Origin: a virus
Taxonomy: Duplodnaviria; Caudoviricetes
Length of the DNA: 64,000 nucleotides
Reading direction: 5' to 3' (one strand)
IMG/VR virus record: IMGVR_UViG_3300037466_003369
Location: 1 to 64,000 of that record
Shown here: positions 28,032-37,898 of the stretch, in pieces
Position numbering within the stretch: position 1 is the stretch's first letter
How the letters are laid out: the number at the start of each line of letters is the position of its first letter
Position numbers and translations under genes: made by a program
The notes under the pieces: model-generated
The model's input: only the letters and a program-made list of their open reading frames with translations
The model's database searches: none
What the model was told of the DNA's origin: nothing

Positions 28032-29237
28032 ATGGCCCAGACCAACGTCCCCGCCCTCCAGTTCACCGCGGGCGGCATCATCGCGCCGACCGAGGCGGAC
28101 ATCCTCGCCGGTCGTCAGACCGACATCGATCAGGCCTTCGGCGGCGACGTCAATCCGGCGCTGGTGACGCCGCAGGGCCAGATCGCCCAGAGCGACACCG
28201 CAATCATCGGCGACAAGAACGACCAGTTCCTGTTCCTGGCCAACAACTTCGACCCCGCCTACGCCTCCGGCCGCTTCCAGGACGCCATCGGCCGCATCTA
28301 CTTCCTGGAGCGCCTGCCTCCGACCGCGACCGTGGTCCCGTGCCTCTGTGTCGGCGCGCCCTCGACGGTGATCCCGGTCGGTGCGTTGGCCACGGACGGC
28401 GTCAACAAGTGGAGCTGCATCCAGGCCGGGACGATCCCTTCCGGCGGCTCGATCACCCTGCAGTTCGCCTGCACGACCAATGGGCCGATCCCGTGTCCGG
28501 CGAATTCGGTCAACCAGATTTTCCAGACCATCCCCGGCTGGGACACGGTCAACAACCCCACGGCCGGGACCGAGGGGACCAACGTCGAGAGCCGTGCCGA
28601 CTTCGAGCATCGTCGCCAGCTCTCCGTTGCCGGCAATTCCAAAAGCATGATCCAATCGGTGCAGGCGGCCGTCCTGGCGGTCCCCGGCGTGATCGATGCA
28701 TACGGCTACTCCAACGAGACCGCCGCGCCGATCACCATCGGTTCAGTGACGATACCGGCAAACTCGATCTTCGTCTGCGTCTCCGGTGGCGATCCCCTCG
28801 CCGTGGCCACGGCCATCTGGACCAAGAAGATGCCCGGCTGCCCGATGAGCGGCGGGACGACCGAGACGGTCTACGACACCGATGGCTACAGCCCGCCGTA
28901 CCCGGCCTACACGATCACCTTCCAGACCGCCGTCAGCCTGCCGATCAAGTTCGCGGTCTCGATCACCAATTCGGCGCAGGTCCCGGCGAACGCCACGGCG
29001 CTGGTGCAGGCGGCCATCCAGGCGGCGTTCAGCGGTTCGGACGGTGGCTCGCGAGCCCGCATCGGGGCCACGCTCTACGCCTCCCGCTTCTATGCCGGCG
29101 TGGCGCTCCTGGGTTCCTGGGCGCAGCTCATCTCGATCAAGGTGGGCACGGTCACGGCCACGCTCGACGACGTGACCGTGGCCATCGATCACGTGCCCAC
29201 CCTGCAGAACTCCGACATCACGGTGACCCTGGTATGA
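28032..29237 (+). CDS. Baseplate J-like protein
   Basis: TPQGQIA, FDPAYASGRFQDAIGRIYFLER, ESRADFE. Confidence 0.85.
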   Translation: MAQTNVPALQFTAGGIIAPTEADILAGRQTDIDQAFGGDVNPALVTPQGQIAQSDTAIIGDKNDQFLFLANNFDPAYASGRFQDAIGRIYFLERLPPTATVVPCLCVGAPSTVIPVGALATDGVNKWSCIQAGTIPSGGSITLQFACTTNGPIPCPANSVNQIFQTIPGWDTVNNPTAGTEGTNVESRADFEHRRQLSVAGNSKSMIQSVQAAVLAVPGVIDAYGYSNETAAPITIGSVTIPANSIFVCVSGGDPLAVATAIWTKKMPGCPMSGGTTETVYDTDGYSPPYPAYTITFQTAVSLPIKFAVSITNSAQVPANATALVQAAIQAAFSGSDGGSRARIGATLYASRFYAGVALLGSWAQLISIKVGTVTATLDDVTVAIDHVPTLQNSDITVTLV

Positions 29238-29746
29238 GACCCCACCTGATCTTCGCCACGGCGATCCTGTTCGGCGCGGTGTTCTGCGCCGCGGAGGGAC
29301 GCGCCCAGTCGAGTCCGGGCTTCTACAATGGGCAGGTCCCGACCGCGGGGCAGTGGAACGCCGCTTTCGCTGGCAAACAGGACTACAATCCGAATTTCTT
29401 CGCGACGGCCTACACCTGGACGGCGCCGCAGACCTGGAGCGCCCAGGCGATCTTCAATGGCCACGTGTCATTCGGGGCGGCGAGTTCTCCGGTAGTGTCC
29501 GCCTGCGGGACGTCGCCGAGTATCGTCGGCTCCGACAATGCGGGCGAGGTGACCACCGGCACGGGCTCTCCGACGAGCTGCACGATCACCTTTACCGCCG
29601 CCTACGCCGTGCAGCCTATCTGCATCGTGCGCGACCGCACCGCGACGACCACCATCAACAGCTACACGATCAGCACCACGGCGCTTGTGGTGACCACCAG
29701 CGCCGCCAGCAGCCAGAAGCTGGACTACATCTGCGTCGGGGCCTGA
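29234..29746 (+). CDS. Signal-peptide-bearing beta-rich protein inserted in the baseplate module
   Basis: ATGA overlap with J; MRPHLIFATAILFGAVFCAAEGRA|QSS. Confidence 0.75.
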   Translation: MRPHLIFATAILFGAVFCAAEGRAQSSPGFYNGQVPTAGQWNAAFAGKQDYNPNFFATAYTWTAPQTWSAQAIFNGHVSFGAASSPVVSACGTSPSIVGSDNAGEVTTGTGSPTSCTITFTAAYAVQPICIVRDRTATTTINSYTISTTALVVTTSAASSQKLDYICVGA

Positions 29747-29750
29747 ATCG

Positions 29751-30359
29751 ATGCCCGGCATCGGTTCCTTCGTCGTCGGCCAGAGCGCGCTGGGGTCCGA
29801 CCCCTTCGACTGGCGACAGACGATCATCAGCCAGTACGCCAACAGCCCCACCATCCTGGCGTTGATCGAGACCTTCGACGAGTGCATCGATCCGACCACC
29901 GACATCGACAATTTCTTCGACACCGTCTTCAATGTCGACACCGCGGTGGGCTTCGGCCTCGACATCTGGGGCCGGATCGTTGGCGTCGGCCGCGTATTCC
30001 CAATCTCCAACACCATCTACTTCGGCTTCGAGGGTACGGACAACGTCGGCTGGAACCAAGGCGTCTGGTGGGACGGCGTCGCCGGGACCACCAACTTCGC
30101 CCTGGCCGATACGCCCTACCGCCGGCTGATCCTGGCCAAGGCCATGAGCAACATCACGGACGGCTCGATCCCCTCGATCAACGCCATCCTGCGACAGCTC
30201 TTCTCCGGACGCGGCAACGCCTACGTCCAGGACAACGCCAACATGACCATGACCTACACGTTCGATTTCGCCCTTGATCCGGTGGACCGCACCATCGTGG
30301 TGAATTCTGGCGTCCTTCCGCACCCTACGGGTGTGACCGTCAATGTGGTGTCCGCCTGA
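29751..30359 (+). CDS. Baseplate wedge protein (DUF2612 type)
   Basis: TIISQYANSPTI, TAVGFGLDIWGRIVG, YRRLILAKAMSNI. Confidence 0.85.
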   Translation: MPGIGSFVVGQSALGSDPFDWRQTIISQYANSPTILALIETFDECIDPTTDIDNFFDTVFNVDTAVGFGLDIWGRIVGVGRVFPISNTIYFGFEGTDNVGWNQGVWWDGVAGTTNFALADTPYRRLILAKAMSNITDGSIPSINAILRQLFSGRGNAYVQDNANMTMTYTFDFALDPVDRTIVVNSGVLPHPTGVTVNVVSA

Positions 30360-31915
30360 TGCAAGACACGGATGTCCCCGCCAAGTTCAACATCCCCTGG
30401 GGCTACGCGGCCGGACCCTCCTATATCCGGGTCGTCCCGCAGGCGTCGCAGATCAGCGTGCAGGCCGGCGCCGCCAGCCTCACGGACGGCTTCCCGCCGT
30501 TGACGTTCACGCCGGAGGCCTCCGGCGGCGTGCCACCCTTCGGCCAGGACACCAACGGCATCCTCAACCAGATCACCGCGTGGCTGCGGTGGCTGGCCGG
30601 CGGCGGCGATCCGCCGGTCTACGATTCCACCTTCCAGTCGGCCATCGGCGGCTACCGCAAGGGGGCCGTGGTCAGCTCGGCCACCACCTTCGGCCATTAC
30701 TGGATGTCGCTGATCGACAACAACACCTCCAATCCGGACACCGGCGGCGCCAACTGGGCCGCCTGGGGGCCCGGTGCGACGGAGTACGTGGTCGACACCG
30801 GCGCCGCCAACGCGCTCGTGGTGACGCCGCAGACGGCGCTGACGGCCTACGTCAACGGCGTGGAGTTCCTGGTCGATCCCGCCCACGCCAACACTGGTGC
30901 TGCGACCATCAATGTCTCCGGTCTCGGAGCCGTTCCCATCGTCCATGTGGACGGCACGGCGCTGATCGCGGGTGAAATCCAGGTCAATCAGCTCATTCGG
31001 GTGGCCTACTTCGGCAGCTCCTTCCAGTACCTGAACGCGCCCTACGCATTGACGCAGTCGCCGCTGAACAATTCCACGAAGCCGGCCTCGACGGCCTACG
31101 TGGACGCCGCGGTCACGTCGCAGGACAATTTCGCCGGCAACCTCGTCGGCCTGATCACCTCCAACACGCCGAGCTTCACGACGACGCGGATCACGGTCGC
31201 GACGGGCATGTGCCGCGACAGCACCAACGCGATCAACCTGTCGCTTGCCGCGCCGATCAGCAAGAGCATCACGGCGGCGTGGTCGGCCGGGACCGGAAAT
31301 GGTGGCCGCGACAGCGCCTGGGCTTCGCTCTCGAATGGCCAGACGGGCTACACCTTCCTGATCTTCAATCCGACCACGGTCGCCTACGACGTCCTCTTCA
31401 GCCAGTCGCCGACGTCGCCGAGTCTGCCCGCCGGGTACACCTACTTCCGGCGCGTGAACTCCTTCCTCCTGGAGTCAGCATCGACCAATCTCAAGCAGTT
31501 CATCCAGGTCGGGGACTGGTTCGAATTCGTGGTCCGCAGCACGGACTACGCCAACACCAGCAACGGCGGCCTCGTCAGTTACCTGCGCTCGATCAGCGTC
31601 CCCATCGGGGTGAAGTGCAAGGCCAAGATTTACTTCCAGTCGAACGGGACCATCGACAACAACCCCTACCTCTCGGGCGTCTACGATCCGGACCTCGGCA
31701 CGCCACCGGCCTTCGGGGTGGGCACGCAGTGGGCGCAGGTTCGGCGCACCGCGGCCAGCACGCCGGGCGGCACGCAGTACGCCTATGGCACGGTTGTGCT
31801 GGAACAATGGACCGATAACAGCGGCCACATCTACACCGCCAGTAGCGACACCGCCGACGTCATCGCGCTCGGCGTCCTGGCCTACCAGGACATCACCCTT
31901 AACCGGTACTTCTGA
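30359..31915 (+). CDS. Tail fibre protein
   Basis: GAASLTDGFPPLT...GGVPPFGQDTNGILN fibre anchor after DUF2612. Confidence 0.8.
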   Translation: MQDTDVPAKFNIPWGYAAGPSYIRVVPQASQISVQAGAASLTDGFPPLTFTPEASGGVPPFGQDTNGILNQITAWLRWLAGGGDPPVYDSTFQSAIGGYRKGAVVSSATTFGHYWMSLIDNNTSNPDTGGANWAAWGPGATEYVVDTGAANALVVTPQTALTAYVNGVEFLVDPAHANTGAATINVSGLGAVPIVHVDGTALIAGEIQVNQLIRVAYFGSSFQYLNAPYALTQSPLNNSTKPASTAYVDAAVTSQDNFAGNLVGLITSNTPSFTTTRITVATGMCRDSTNAINLSLAAPISKSITAAWSAGTGNGGRDSAWASLSNGQTGYTFLIFNPTTVAYDVLFSQSPTSPSLPAGYTYFRRVNSFLLESASTNLKQFIQVGDWFEFVVRSTDYANTSNGGLVSYLRSISVPIGVKCKAKIYFQSNGTIDNNPYLSGVYDPDLGTPPAFGVGTQWAQVRRTAASTPGGTQYAYGTVVLEQWTDNSGHIYTASSDTADVIALGVLAYQDITLNRYF

Positions 31916-33099
31916 TGGCGCTCGTCCGGCCGCCCATGACGTGGGCCATGACCGGATCGTCACTGACGACCGGCAGGCTCTCCACGGACTGGGTCCCGAC
32001 CCTCACCTATCAGGCGCAGACCTTCCCCGAGTGCAAGGGGCCGGTCTTCATCTACAACATGGGCCACGGGAGCTGGACCAGCCTGGACATCCTGGCCAAC
32101 ATTCCGGAGCTGACCGCGGCCAATCCCACCCACGTCTTTCTGGAGACCGGGAGCATCAACGACTGCGTGGACTTCGGAAGCGGCCCGGCCGTCAGCCTCT
32201 CGACGCACAACGTCAATGTCACGTCGATGGTCTCGCAGCTCCGTGCGCGGAATCCCGGCGTCGTGATCATCATCGTGACGATGAGCAGCGTGTCGAGCTA
32301 CCAGACGGCGCGCACGACGCTGCCCAACTACTACTCCGCCGACGTCTCCCTGGCCGGCAGCCTGGGTTGCCTGCTGCTCGACAACTACACCGGCACGGTC
32401 ACCGTGCCCGGCGGCTGGCCAAAGCCCCTGAACGGCATGTTGACCAACGGCAACCTGCCGCAGCAGTATCCCACCCCGAGTGGGTTCACGCTGTGGTCGC
32501 CGACGCCGCAGTTCGACCCGGCCGCCCTGGGTCCGGGTCTGGTGATGGGCAACGCCAATCAGGTCCTGACCAGTACGGCGACGTTCGGAACGTTCTCCAC
32601 CGCCCGGGGCGTGCTGGCGCAGAACAGTGGCAAGCTCTACCAGGAATTCATGACCACGGCCACGGTCAACAAGGGTTACCTGTTCGGAGCCTGTACGGCG
32701 TCGGCGACCTTGAGCAATTACCTGGGCAGCGACAACTTCGGCTACGGCTACTACGGCTTCGATGGCAGCGTGCAGCATGGCGGCTCCGGCGTCGCCTTCT
32801 ACAACACGTACCTGCCCGGCGACCTGATCGGTGCGGCGTGGGACTTCGGTCTGGGCAAGCTCTGGTTCGCCAAGAACGGGGTGTGGCAGGGCGGCGGCAA
32901 CCCGGCCACGGGCAGCGGCGGCGTCACCCTCTCGCCGGGGACCTATTACCTCGCCGCGACTCTCCTGGCCGGTGACGCCGTGGAGATGATACCGCTCCTT
33001 GGCGACGGGCTGCACCCGGTGGCCAGCGCCGTGAACACCTACTTCTATCCGAACATCGTCGTCCTGATGCGTCAGCTCATGGCCACGTTCTGGCCCTAA
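31915..33099 (+). CDS. SGNH-hydrolase-fold protein with an inserted SPRY/B30.2-like domain
   Basis: MTGSSLT, NMGHGS, GSIND, DGLHP; insert SGKLYQEF...GDLIGAAWDFGLGKLWFAKNG. Confidence 0.7.
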   Translation: MALVRPPMTWAMTGSSLTTGRLSTDWVPTLTYQAQTFPECKGPVFIYNMGHGSWTSLDILANIPELTAANPTHVFLETGSINDCVDFGSGPAVSLSTHNVNVTSMVSQLRARNPGVVIIIVTMSSVSSYQTARTTLPNYYSADVSLAGSLGCLLLDNYTGTVTVPGGWPKPLNGMLTNGNLPQQYPTPSGFTLWSPTPQFDPAALGPGLVMGNANQVLTSTATFGTFSTARGVLAQNSGKLYQEFMTTATVNKGYLFGACTASATLSNYLGSDNFGYGYYGFDGSVQHGGSGVAFYNTYLPGDLIGAAWDFGLGKLWFAKNGVWQGGGNPATGSGGVTLSPGTYYLAATLLAGDAVEMIPLLGDGLHPVASAVNTYFYPNIVVLMRQLMATFWP

Positions 33100-33116
33100 G
33101 CCCCAGAGGAATTCCC

Positions 33117-33893
33117 ATGCTCCTGAAGTCCTGGGGCGCCGCTCTGGCGCTCTCCCTCGCGTTCATGTCCGGAGTCGTGCAGGCCCAGGTCGTGCTGCCC
33201 GGCGGCGTGACTACCCCCGGCGGCCAGCCGGTGGGCGTCGTGCCCATGGCCATCATCAATCCGAATGACGGCGCGACCTGCATCGTCGGCAATACCGGAT
33301 GTCCGAGCATCGGGGGCGGCACCGGCGGCACGGTGACCGTAACCAACGCCTTCAACCTTGAGACGACGCAGGTCAGCGTCAACCAGCATCTCGCTAACAT
33401 CGAGACGGGCCTGTCGTCGCCGCCCTCGGTGCAGGGCGTCGCGGCGCAGGGCAGTTCCGACACCGACATCCCGCTCAATGACGGCTGCCGCGCCGCCAGC
33501 ACCGCGCCCACGGCGGTGGCTGACGGTCAGAAGGTGGTGCGCCTGTGCTCGCTGGACGGGCGCGCCGTCACGCTGCCGTACAGCATCAAGGAACTCATGG
33601 TCCGCGGCAGCGTGACCGTGACCAACGCCGCGAGCACCATCCTGGCCGCGCCGGGCGCGTCGCTGAACCTCTACGTCACCGCCGCGCAATGCACCAACTC
33701 TTCGGCTACGGGCGTGACGCTGACCTTCAATGACAGCGCCAGCACCATCCTCTATGTGCCCCCCGGCGGCGGTTTCGGCTTCACCTTCCCTACGCCGCTG
33801 GTGTCGAATGCGACGAACACGGCCTTCACCGCGACGGGGGACACCACCCAGACGACGGTGAAGTGCGCGGCCCAGGGCTACAAGGGGAACTGA
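33117..33893 (+). CDS. Signal-peptide-bearing tail-region protein
   Basis: GAGGA RBS; MLLKSWGAALALSLAFMSGVVQA|QVV. Confidence 0.75.
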   Translation: MLLKSWGAALALSLAFMSGVVQAQVVLPGGVTTPGGQPVGVVPMAIINPNDGATCIVGNTGCPSIGGGTGGTVTVTNAFNLETTQVSVNQHLANIETGLSSPPSVQGVAAQGSSDTDIPLNDGCRAASTAPTAVADGQKVVRLCSLDGRAVTLPYSIKELMVRGSVTVTNAASTILAAPGASLNLYVTAAQCTNSSATGVTLTFNDSASTILYVPPGGGFGFTFPTPLVSNATNTAFTATGDTTQTTVKCAAQGYKGN

Positions 33894-33896
33894 TCC

Positions 33897-34883
33897 GTGC
33901 GTCAAGTCCGCAGCCTGATCGCAGCGCTGTGCTGCACGGCGCTGACCGCCGCGCCCGCGCTGGCGGCGCCGGCCGTGGTCGGCAATGCCAACATCGGCTC
34001 CCACTTCCAGGCGTCCGGCGTCTCGACGTCGAACGTCATCACCACCACGACGGATGCTCCCGTTGGTTCGCTGATCTTCATGGCCACCGGTTTCTCCGGG
34101 ACCCAGACGATCAGCAGCGTCACGGACAGCGCGGGCAATCCGTACACCGCTGAGAACTCGATCCAACTCGGATCGAAGCGGGACGCCTTCTATTGGTCGG
34201 ACAACACGGCCACGGACCTGCCGGCGCCTGCCACGGCCACGGGCAGCATCACCACCACCACGGTCACCTTCACCACCAATCCGGGGACGCTCGGCGTCGG
34301 GCAGGCGATCACCGGCACGGGCGTCACGGCGAGCACCCAGATCACCGGCGGCATCAGCCAGTGGAACGGGACCAGCGCCTCGGCCACGGTGAACAACTCT
34401 CAGACGGTCGGCAGCGAGACGCTGACGATCTCCAGCACCATCACCACCACCTTCGGCGCCTCCAACGCCACCATGGGTGCGATGGCGTGGCTGATCTCCG
34501 GCGCACCCACGGCCAGTCCAATCGAGACCACCGGCCGCGCCCAGGCCAGCGGGACCTCGTCGGCCGGGACCAACGCCAACGCGCTGGTGACGGTGAACGC
34601 CGCCGCCGGCTCGTTGGTGCTGGCCTGCGTCCACATCTCGGGGGCCAATACCTCGGACAGCTACACCGAGGACGCCACGGTCACCAACATCGCTCCGCGA
34701 CTGCTCAGCTCCGGGAACCTGGGATTCTACTGCGTCTCCTGGCTCGCCACCGGGGTATCCAAGACCTGGACGCCGACCTGGACCAATTCCCGGACCTGGA
34801 CCTCGTGGTCCACGGCGGTGAAGTCGACGGGCGGGACCGCGAGCGTGTGCCTGTTGATGATGACTGGAGTCGGAAAATGCTGA
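33897..34883 (+). CDS. Signal-peptide-bearing Ser/Thr-rich beta protein
   Basis: MRQVRSLIAALCCTALTAAPALA|APA. Confidence 0.75.
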   Translation: MRQVRSLIAALCCTALTAAPALAAPAVVGNANIGSHFQASGVSTSNVITTTTDAPVGSLIFMATGFSGTQTISSVTDSAGNPYTAENSIQLGSKRDAFYWSDNTATDLPAPATATGSITTTTVTFTTNPGTLGVGQAITGTGVTASTQITGGISQWNGTSASATVNNSQTVGSETLTISSTITTTFGASNATMGAMAWLISGAPTASPIETTGRAQASGTSSAGTNANALVTVNAAAGSLVLACVHISGANTSDSYTEDATVTNIAPRLLSSGNLGFYCVSWLATGVSKTWTPTWTNSRTWTSWSTAVKSTGGTASVCLLMMTGVGKC

Positions 34884-37342
34884 GGAACCTGCTCGCTACG
34901 ACCGCCGTGCTGGGCGCCATGGCCGTGGCGCTGCCGGCGTGCGCCGCCACCTCGCGTCCGCTCATCTACATCCGGCCGCAGTCCGCGCTGCCCGCGAACC
35001 AGACCCTCAACATAGGCGCGAAGACACTTGCGGGCTTCGGCGGCGGCAACAGCGGCAGCGCCGGGGGCTCGTTCCCCTTCATGAATATCACCTACAGCGG
35101 GACGCACGCCTCCTCCCTGGTGTTCCAGGACAGCCTGGGCAAGGTGAGCCAGGACAACCTGCTCAAGTTCGACAGCCACAATAGTGTCGTGCCAAACGGG
35201 ACCTATGGCGGACCTGCGCCGGGCGTCGTCACCAAGACCTACCCCATCACGGACCAGAACGGGGCCACCGGCAACCTGAATGTGGTGGCCGTCCCCCTCC
35301 GCTTCGACGTGACCAACATCGATCCCACGGCCTCCGCCACCGGCTCGATCACCACCACCACCGTCACGTTCACCACCAACCCCGGCGTGCTGGTGGTCGG
35401 GCAGTACGTGAACGGCAGCGGGGTCACCGCGGCGACGCAGATCACCGGCAGCATCAGCCAGTGGAACGGCACGAACGCGACGGCGACCGTCAATAAGTCG
35501 CAGACCGTTGGGACGCGCACGCTCTGGGTCTCGGACGGCGACAATCCGGACACTGCGAGCTGCACCGCCACTTGCGGGACCATGGTCACCCAACTGCGCA
35601 CCGTGCTGGAGAAGACCGCGGCGGGCGGTGGCCCTGCGGTGGGCGACAGCGTCTACCTGCGCTGCGGCGCCGTGATCAACCCGCCTGTCTGGGACCGTGT
35701 CAGCGGCACGACGGGCATCCTGACGCCCGGCGACCTGCGCATCGCCCGTCCGCAGGACACGGCGCTGGAGAACGCTTTCCTGAAGGGCAATGCCGGCGGA
35801 CCCTGGACCGCCATCACGGCTCCGGACAACATCTGGATCAAGATCACGACGGACGCGTGCCCCAGCACGAAGGCGCCGACGCCCACGATCCGTCATGCCC
35901 AGATCAACGGTACGAACGAGGTGGTGCAGGGCTTCTCCTTCGAGGGCCTGAATTTCCAGCTCGACAACAATGGCACCAACGGCTTTGCTGTCGGGAGCGC
36001 GAATTCGGCAGAACTGGTCCTTGGGACCGGCAGCACGCAGCAGGCCTTCGTCCGGGTCGCGAACAACACCTTCCAGGGCAACTCGCCCAACACGGGGCAG
36101 CGTGGGCAACAGGGCATCTGGTCCACGACCGTCGTGGGCAACGGCACGTCCAACTGCTCCTTCGCCAACATCACGTACCACGACAACACGGGCGGCCCGA
36201 CGCTGGGTTCCGGCGCAGCTGCCACGGCTCAGATTTCCGGGGGTGTGATCACCGGCTGGAAGCAGGATTCCTTCGGCATTGGTTACGACTACAAGAACAG
36301 TGGGACGCCGGGCTTGCCGCCGGCTGGCGGCGCCGGGACCTGGGCCACGATCTCCTCCGACTGCTCGACGACGCCGACCGCGACTCCCAACATGAATGGC
36401 CTCGATCTGGCCATCGGCATCCTCGGGCAGGCCGGCACGGGACTGGGCAGCCGTGAACTCTACATCCACGACAACATGTTCACGAACCTGTTCAACGGCA
36501 TGGTCCTGACCGGCAACCAGACCGGGGTGACCTACAGCGTCGCCACGAACTTCTGGTTGGTCGGTAACACCTGTGACTCGATCTGGAACATCTGCCGGCA
36601 GATCACCAACGCGGCCCCGGTCTACTCCGAGTGGAACTTCACGAAGAACTTCAAGTACGCGATGGGCTCGTTCCATAACGACGACGAGCTGCGCCAGTAC
36701 CAGGGCATGGTTGCCGGGGCCACTTACCCGTTTGGCGTCCAGAACTACAACATCGCAGTCCGCGGCCAGGGTCTGACCGGTTGGACGGACATGGCCGGCA
36801 ACTTCAACTCCACTCCGCCCAGCGCTGGCCCGATAATCCTGACCGGCTGCACGGCCGAGGGCAACATCTACGTTGGGACCTTTGCCAACGCCCTGACCTT
36901 CCTCGACTGCGACAACTCCGCCCTCGCGGCCTTCAATACGCTGGTCTGGGACCCGGCGGCGAACATCACCAAGCCGAATGAGAATGGCACAGCGACCCAG
37001 TCCAACGCGCCGATCATCAACAAGTATCAGGCGAGCACCACGTTCAACGGCACGTCCACGTACAACGCGGTCGCCGGGGTCAATGCCGTGTGGACGGGCG
37101 GCTCTCCGACTGTCACGTGCAACGTGGCCAGCCTGGGCCTGGGGACCAGCTCACAGAGCGCCGCCGCCTACGCCGCGCCGCCCTCTGACTTCACGACGCT
37201 GCAGACGGTGGCCCAGGTGCAGGCGGCGTTCCAGCCCAAGACCGGGGGCACCCTCACCCCGGCGCAAACGGGGTGCGCCTACTACACCGGCACCGGCGGC
37301 TACTTCGACTACGTCCACCGGGTGGCCAGCCCGCCATTCTAA
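34877..37342 (+). CDS. Signal-peptide-bearing large protein, probable parallel beta-helix (depolymerase/adhesin-like)
   Basis: True start probably ATG 34877 (MLRNLLATTAVLGAMAVALPACA|ATS); VANNTFQG, IHDNMFTN, LVGNTCD, AEGNIYVG coils. Confidence 0.7.
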   Translation: MLRNLLATTAVLGAMAVALPACAATSRPLIYIRPQSALPANQTLNIGAKTLAGFGGGNSGSAGGSFPFMNITYSGTHASSLVFQDSLGKVSQDNLLKFDSHNSVVPNGTYGGPAPGVVTKTYPITDQNGATGNLNVVAVPLRFDVTNIDPTASATGSITTTTVTFTTNPGVLVVGQYVNGSGVTAATQITGSISQWNGTNATATVNKSQTVGTRTLWVSDGDNPDTASCTATCGTMVTQLRTVLEKTAAGGGPAVGDSVYLRCGAVINPPVWDRVSGTTGILTPGDLRIARPQDTALENAFLKGNAGGPWTAITAPDNIWIKITTDACPSTKAPTPTIRHAQINGTNEVVQGFSFEGLNFQLDNNGTNGFAVGSANSAELVLGTGSTQQAFVRVANNTFQGNSPNTGQRGQQGIWSTTVVGNGTSNCSFANITYHDNTGGPTLGSGAAATAQISGGVITGWKQDSFGIGYDYKNSGTPGLPPAGGAGTWATISSDCSTTPTATPNMNGLDLAIGILGQAGTGLGSRELYIHDNMFTNLFNGMVLTGNQTGVTYSVATNFWLVGNTCDSIWNICRQITNAAPVYSEWNFTKNFKYAMGSFHNDDELRQYQGMVAGATYPFGVQNYNIAVRGQGLTGWTDMAGNFNSTPPSAGPIILTGCTAEGNIYVGTFANALTFLDCDNSALAAFNTLVWDPAANITKPNENGTATQSNAPIINKYQASTTFNGTSTYNAVAGVNAVWTGGSPTVTCNVASLGLGTSSQSAAAYAAPPSDFTTLQTVAQVQAAFQPKTGGTLTPAQTGCAYYTGTGGYFDYVHRVASPPF

Positions 37343-37716
37343 CGGCGTCGGTCTATCACCACTGGCGCGCAACCTTCGGTCCGCACGCCAGCGATCCTGG
37401 CTCCTTTGACTTCAGGCCCTACGTAGACTCCAGCGCAGGGCGGCTTACGGATCGTCTCATGGCATGTCCAGTCCCCGATCAGGGTGTTACCCCACACGGT
37501 CTGGCGCTTCTGGCTCTGGGAATCAGGAACGGTTGCGACCCAAGGACCCGGAATTCTGTCGAGGTCCACTCCCCCGGAAAATTCCAGATTGTCGGCTGCC
37601 CCCTCGCGACCATCGGTTTGCAGGATCAGGGAATGGCCGCCCGGTGCGGTGCAGATCAACTTTGCGGGATACGGCGGTGTCGTGATCGAAGCTGCGACCA
37701 GAAGAGCGACGATCAA
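37339..37716 (-). CDS. Antisense exported/membrane-anchored protein (125 aa, 4 Cys)
   Basis: TTG start with GGAG RBS, TTGA-coupled to ORF 37713..37868; MIVALLVAASITT hydrophobic N-terminus. Confidence 0.5.
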   Translation of the reverse strand: MIVALLVAASITTPPYPAKLICTAPGGHSLILQTDGREGAADNLEFSGGVDLDRIPGPWVATVPDSQSQKRQTVWGNTLIGDWTCHETIRKPPCAGVYVGPEVKGARIAGVRTEGCAPVVIDRRR

Positions 37717-37868
37717 GGCCGTCGCTCCAGCGCCTGCCGCAGCTTGCGCTCTCCGTAGGTGTCGGGATCGTGGTGTTCGATGACAGGCTTCTGTCGCTGC
37801 CACAGGGCATGACACCCGAATGCGGCCAATCCGAGATACGTGAACAGCGGTATCAGGATGATCTTCAT
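37713..37868 (-). CDS. Antisense small membrane/lipoprotein-like protein (51 aa), not in the ORF track
   Basis: GGAGGAG RBS; MKIILIPLFTYLGLAAFGCHALWQRQKPVIEHHDPDTYGERKLRQALERRP. Confidence 0.6.
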   Translation of the reverse strand: MKIILIPLFTYLGLAAFGCHALWQRQKPVIEHHDPDTYGERKLRQALERRP

Positions 37869-37898
37869 CGCGCGATCTCCTCCATTGTGCGCGACCTC

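Noticed and set aside
27800-29746. 648-aa + strand ORF spanning the baseplate genes
   Set aside because: Off-frame low-complexity read-through; only its last 170 codons (from ATG 29234) look like a real gene
34193-34876. Upstream 228 codons of the 1049-aa ORF
   Set aside because: Overlaps the real gene 33897..34883 in another frame and is H/R/G-rich; a signal peptide starts at ATG 34877
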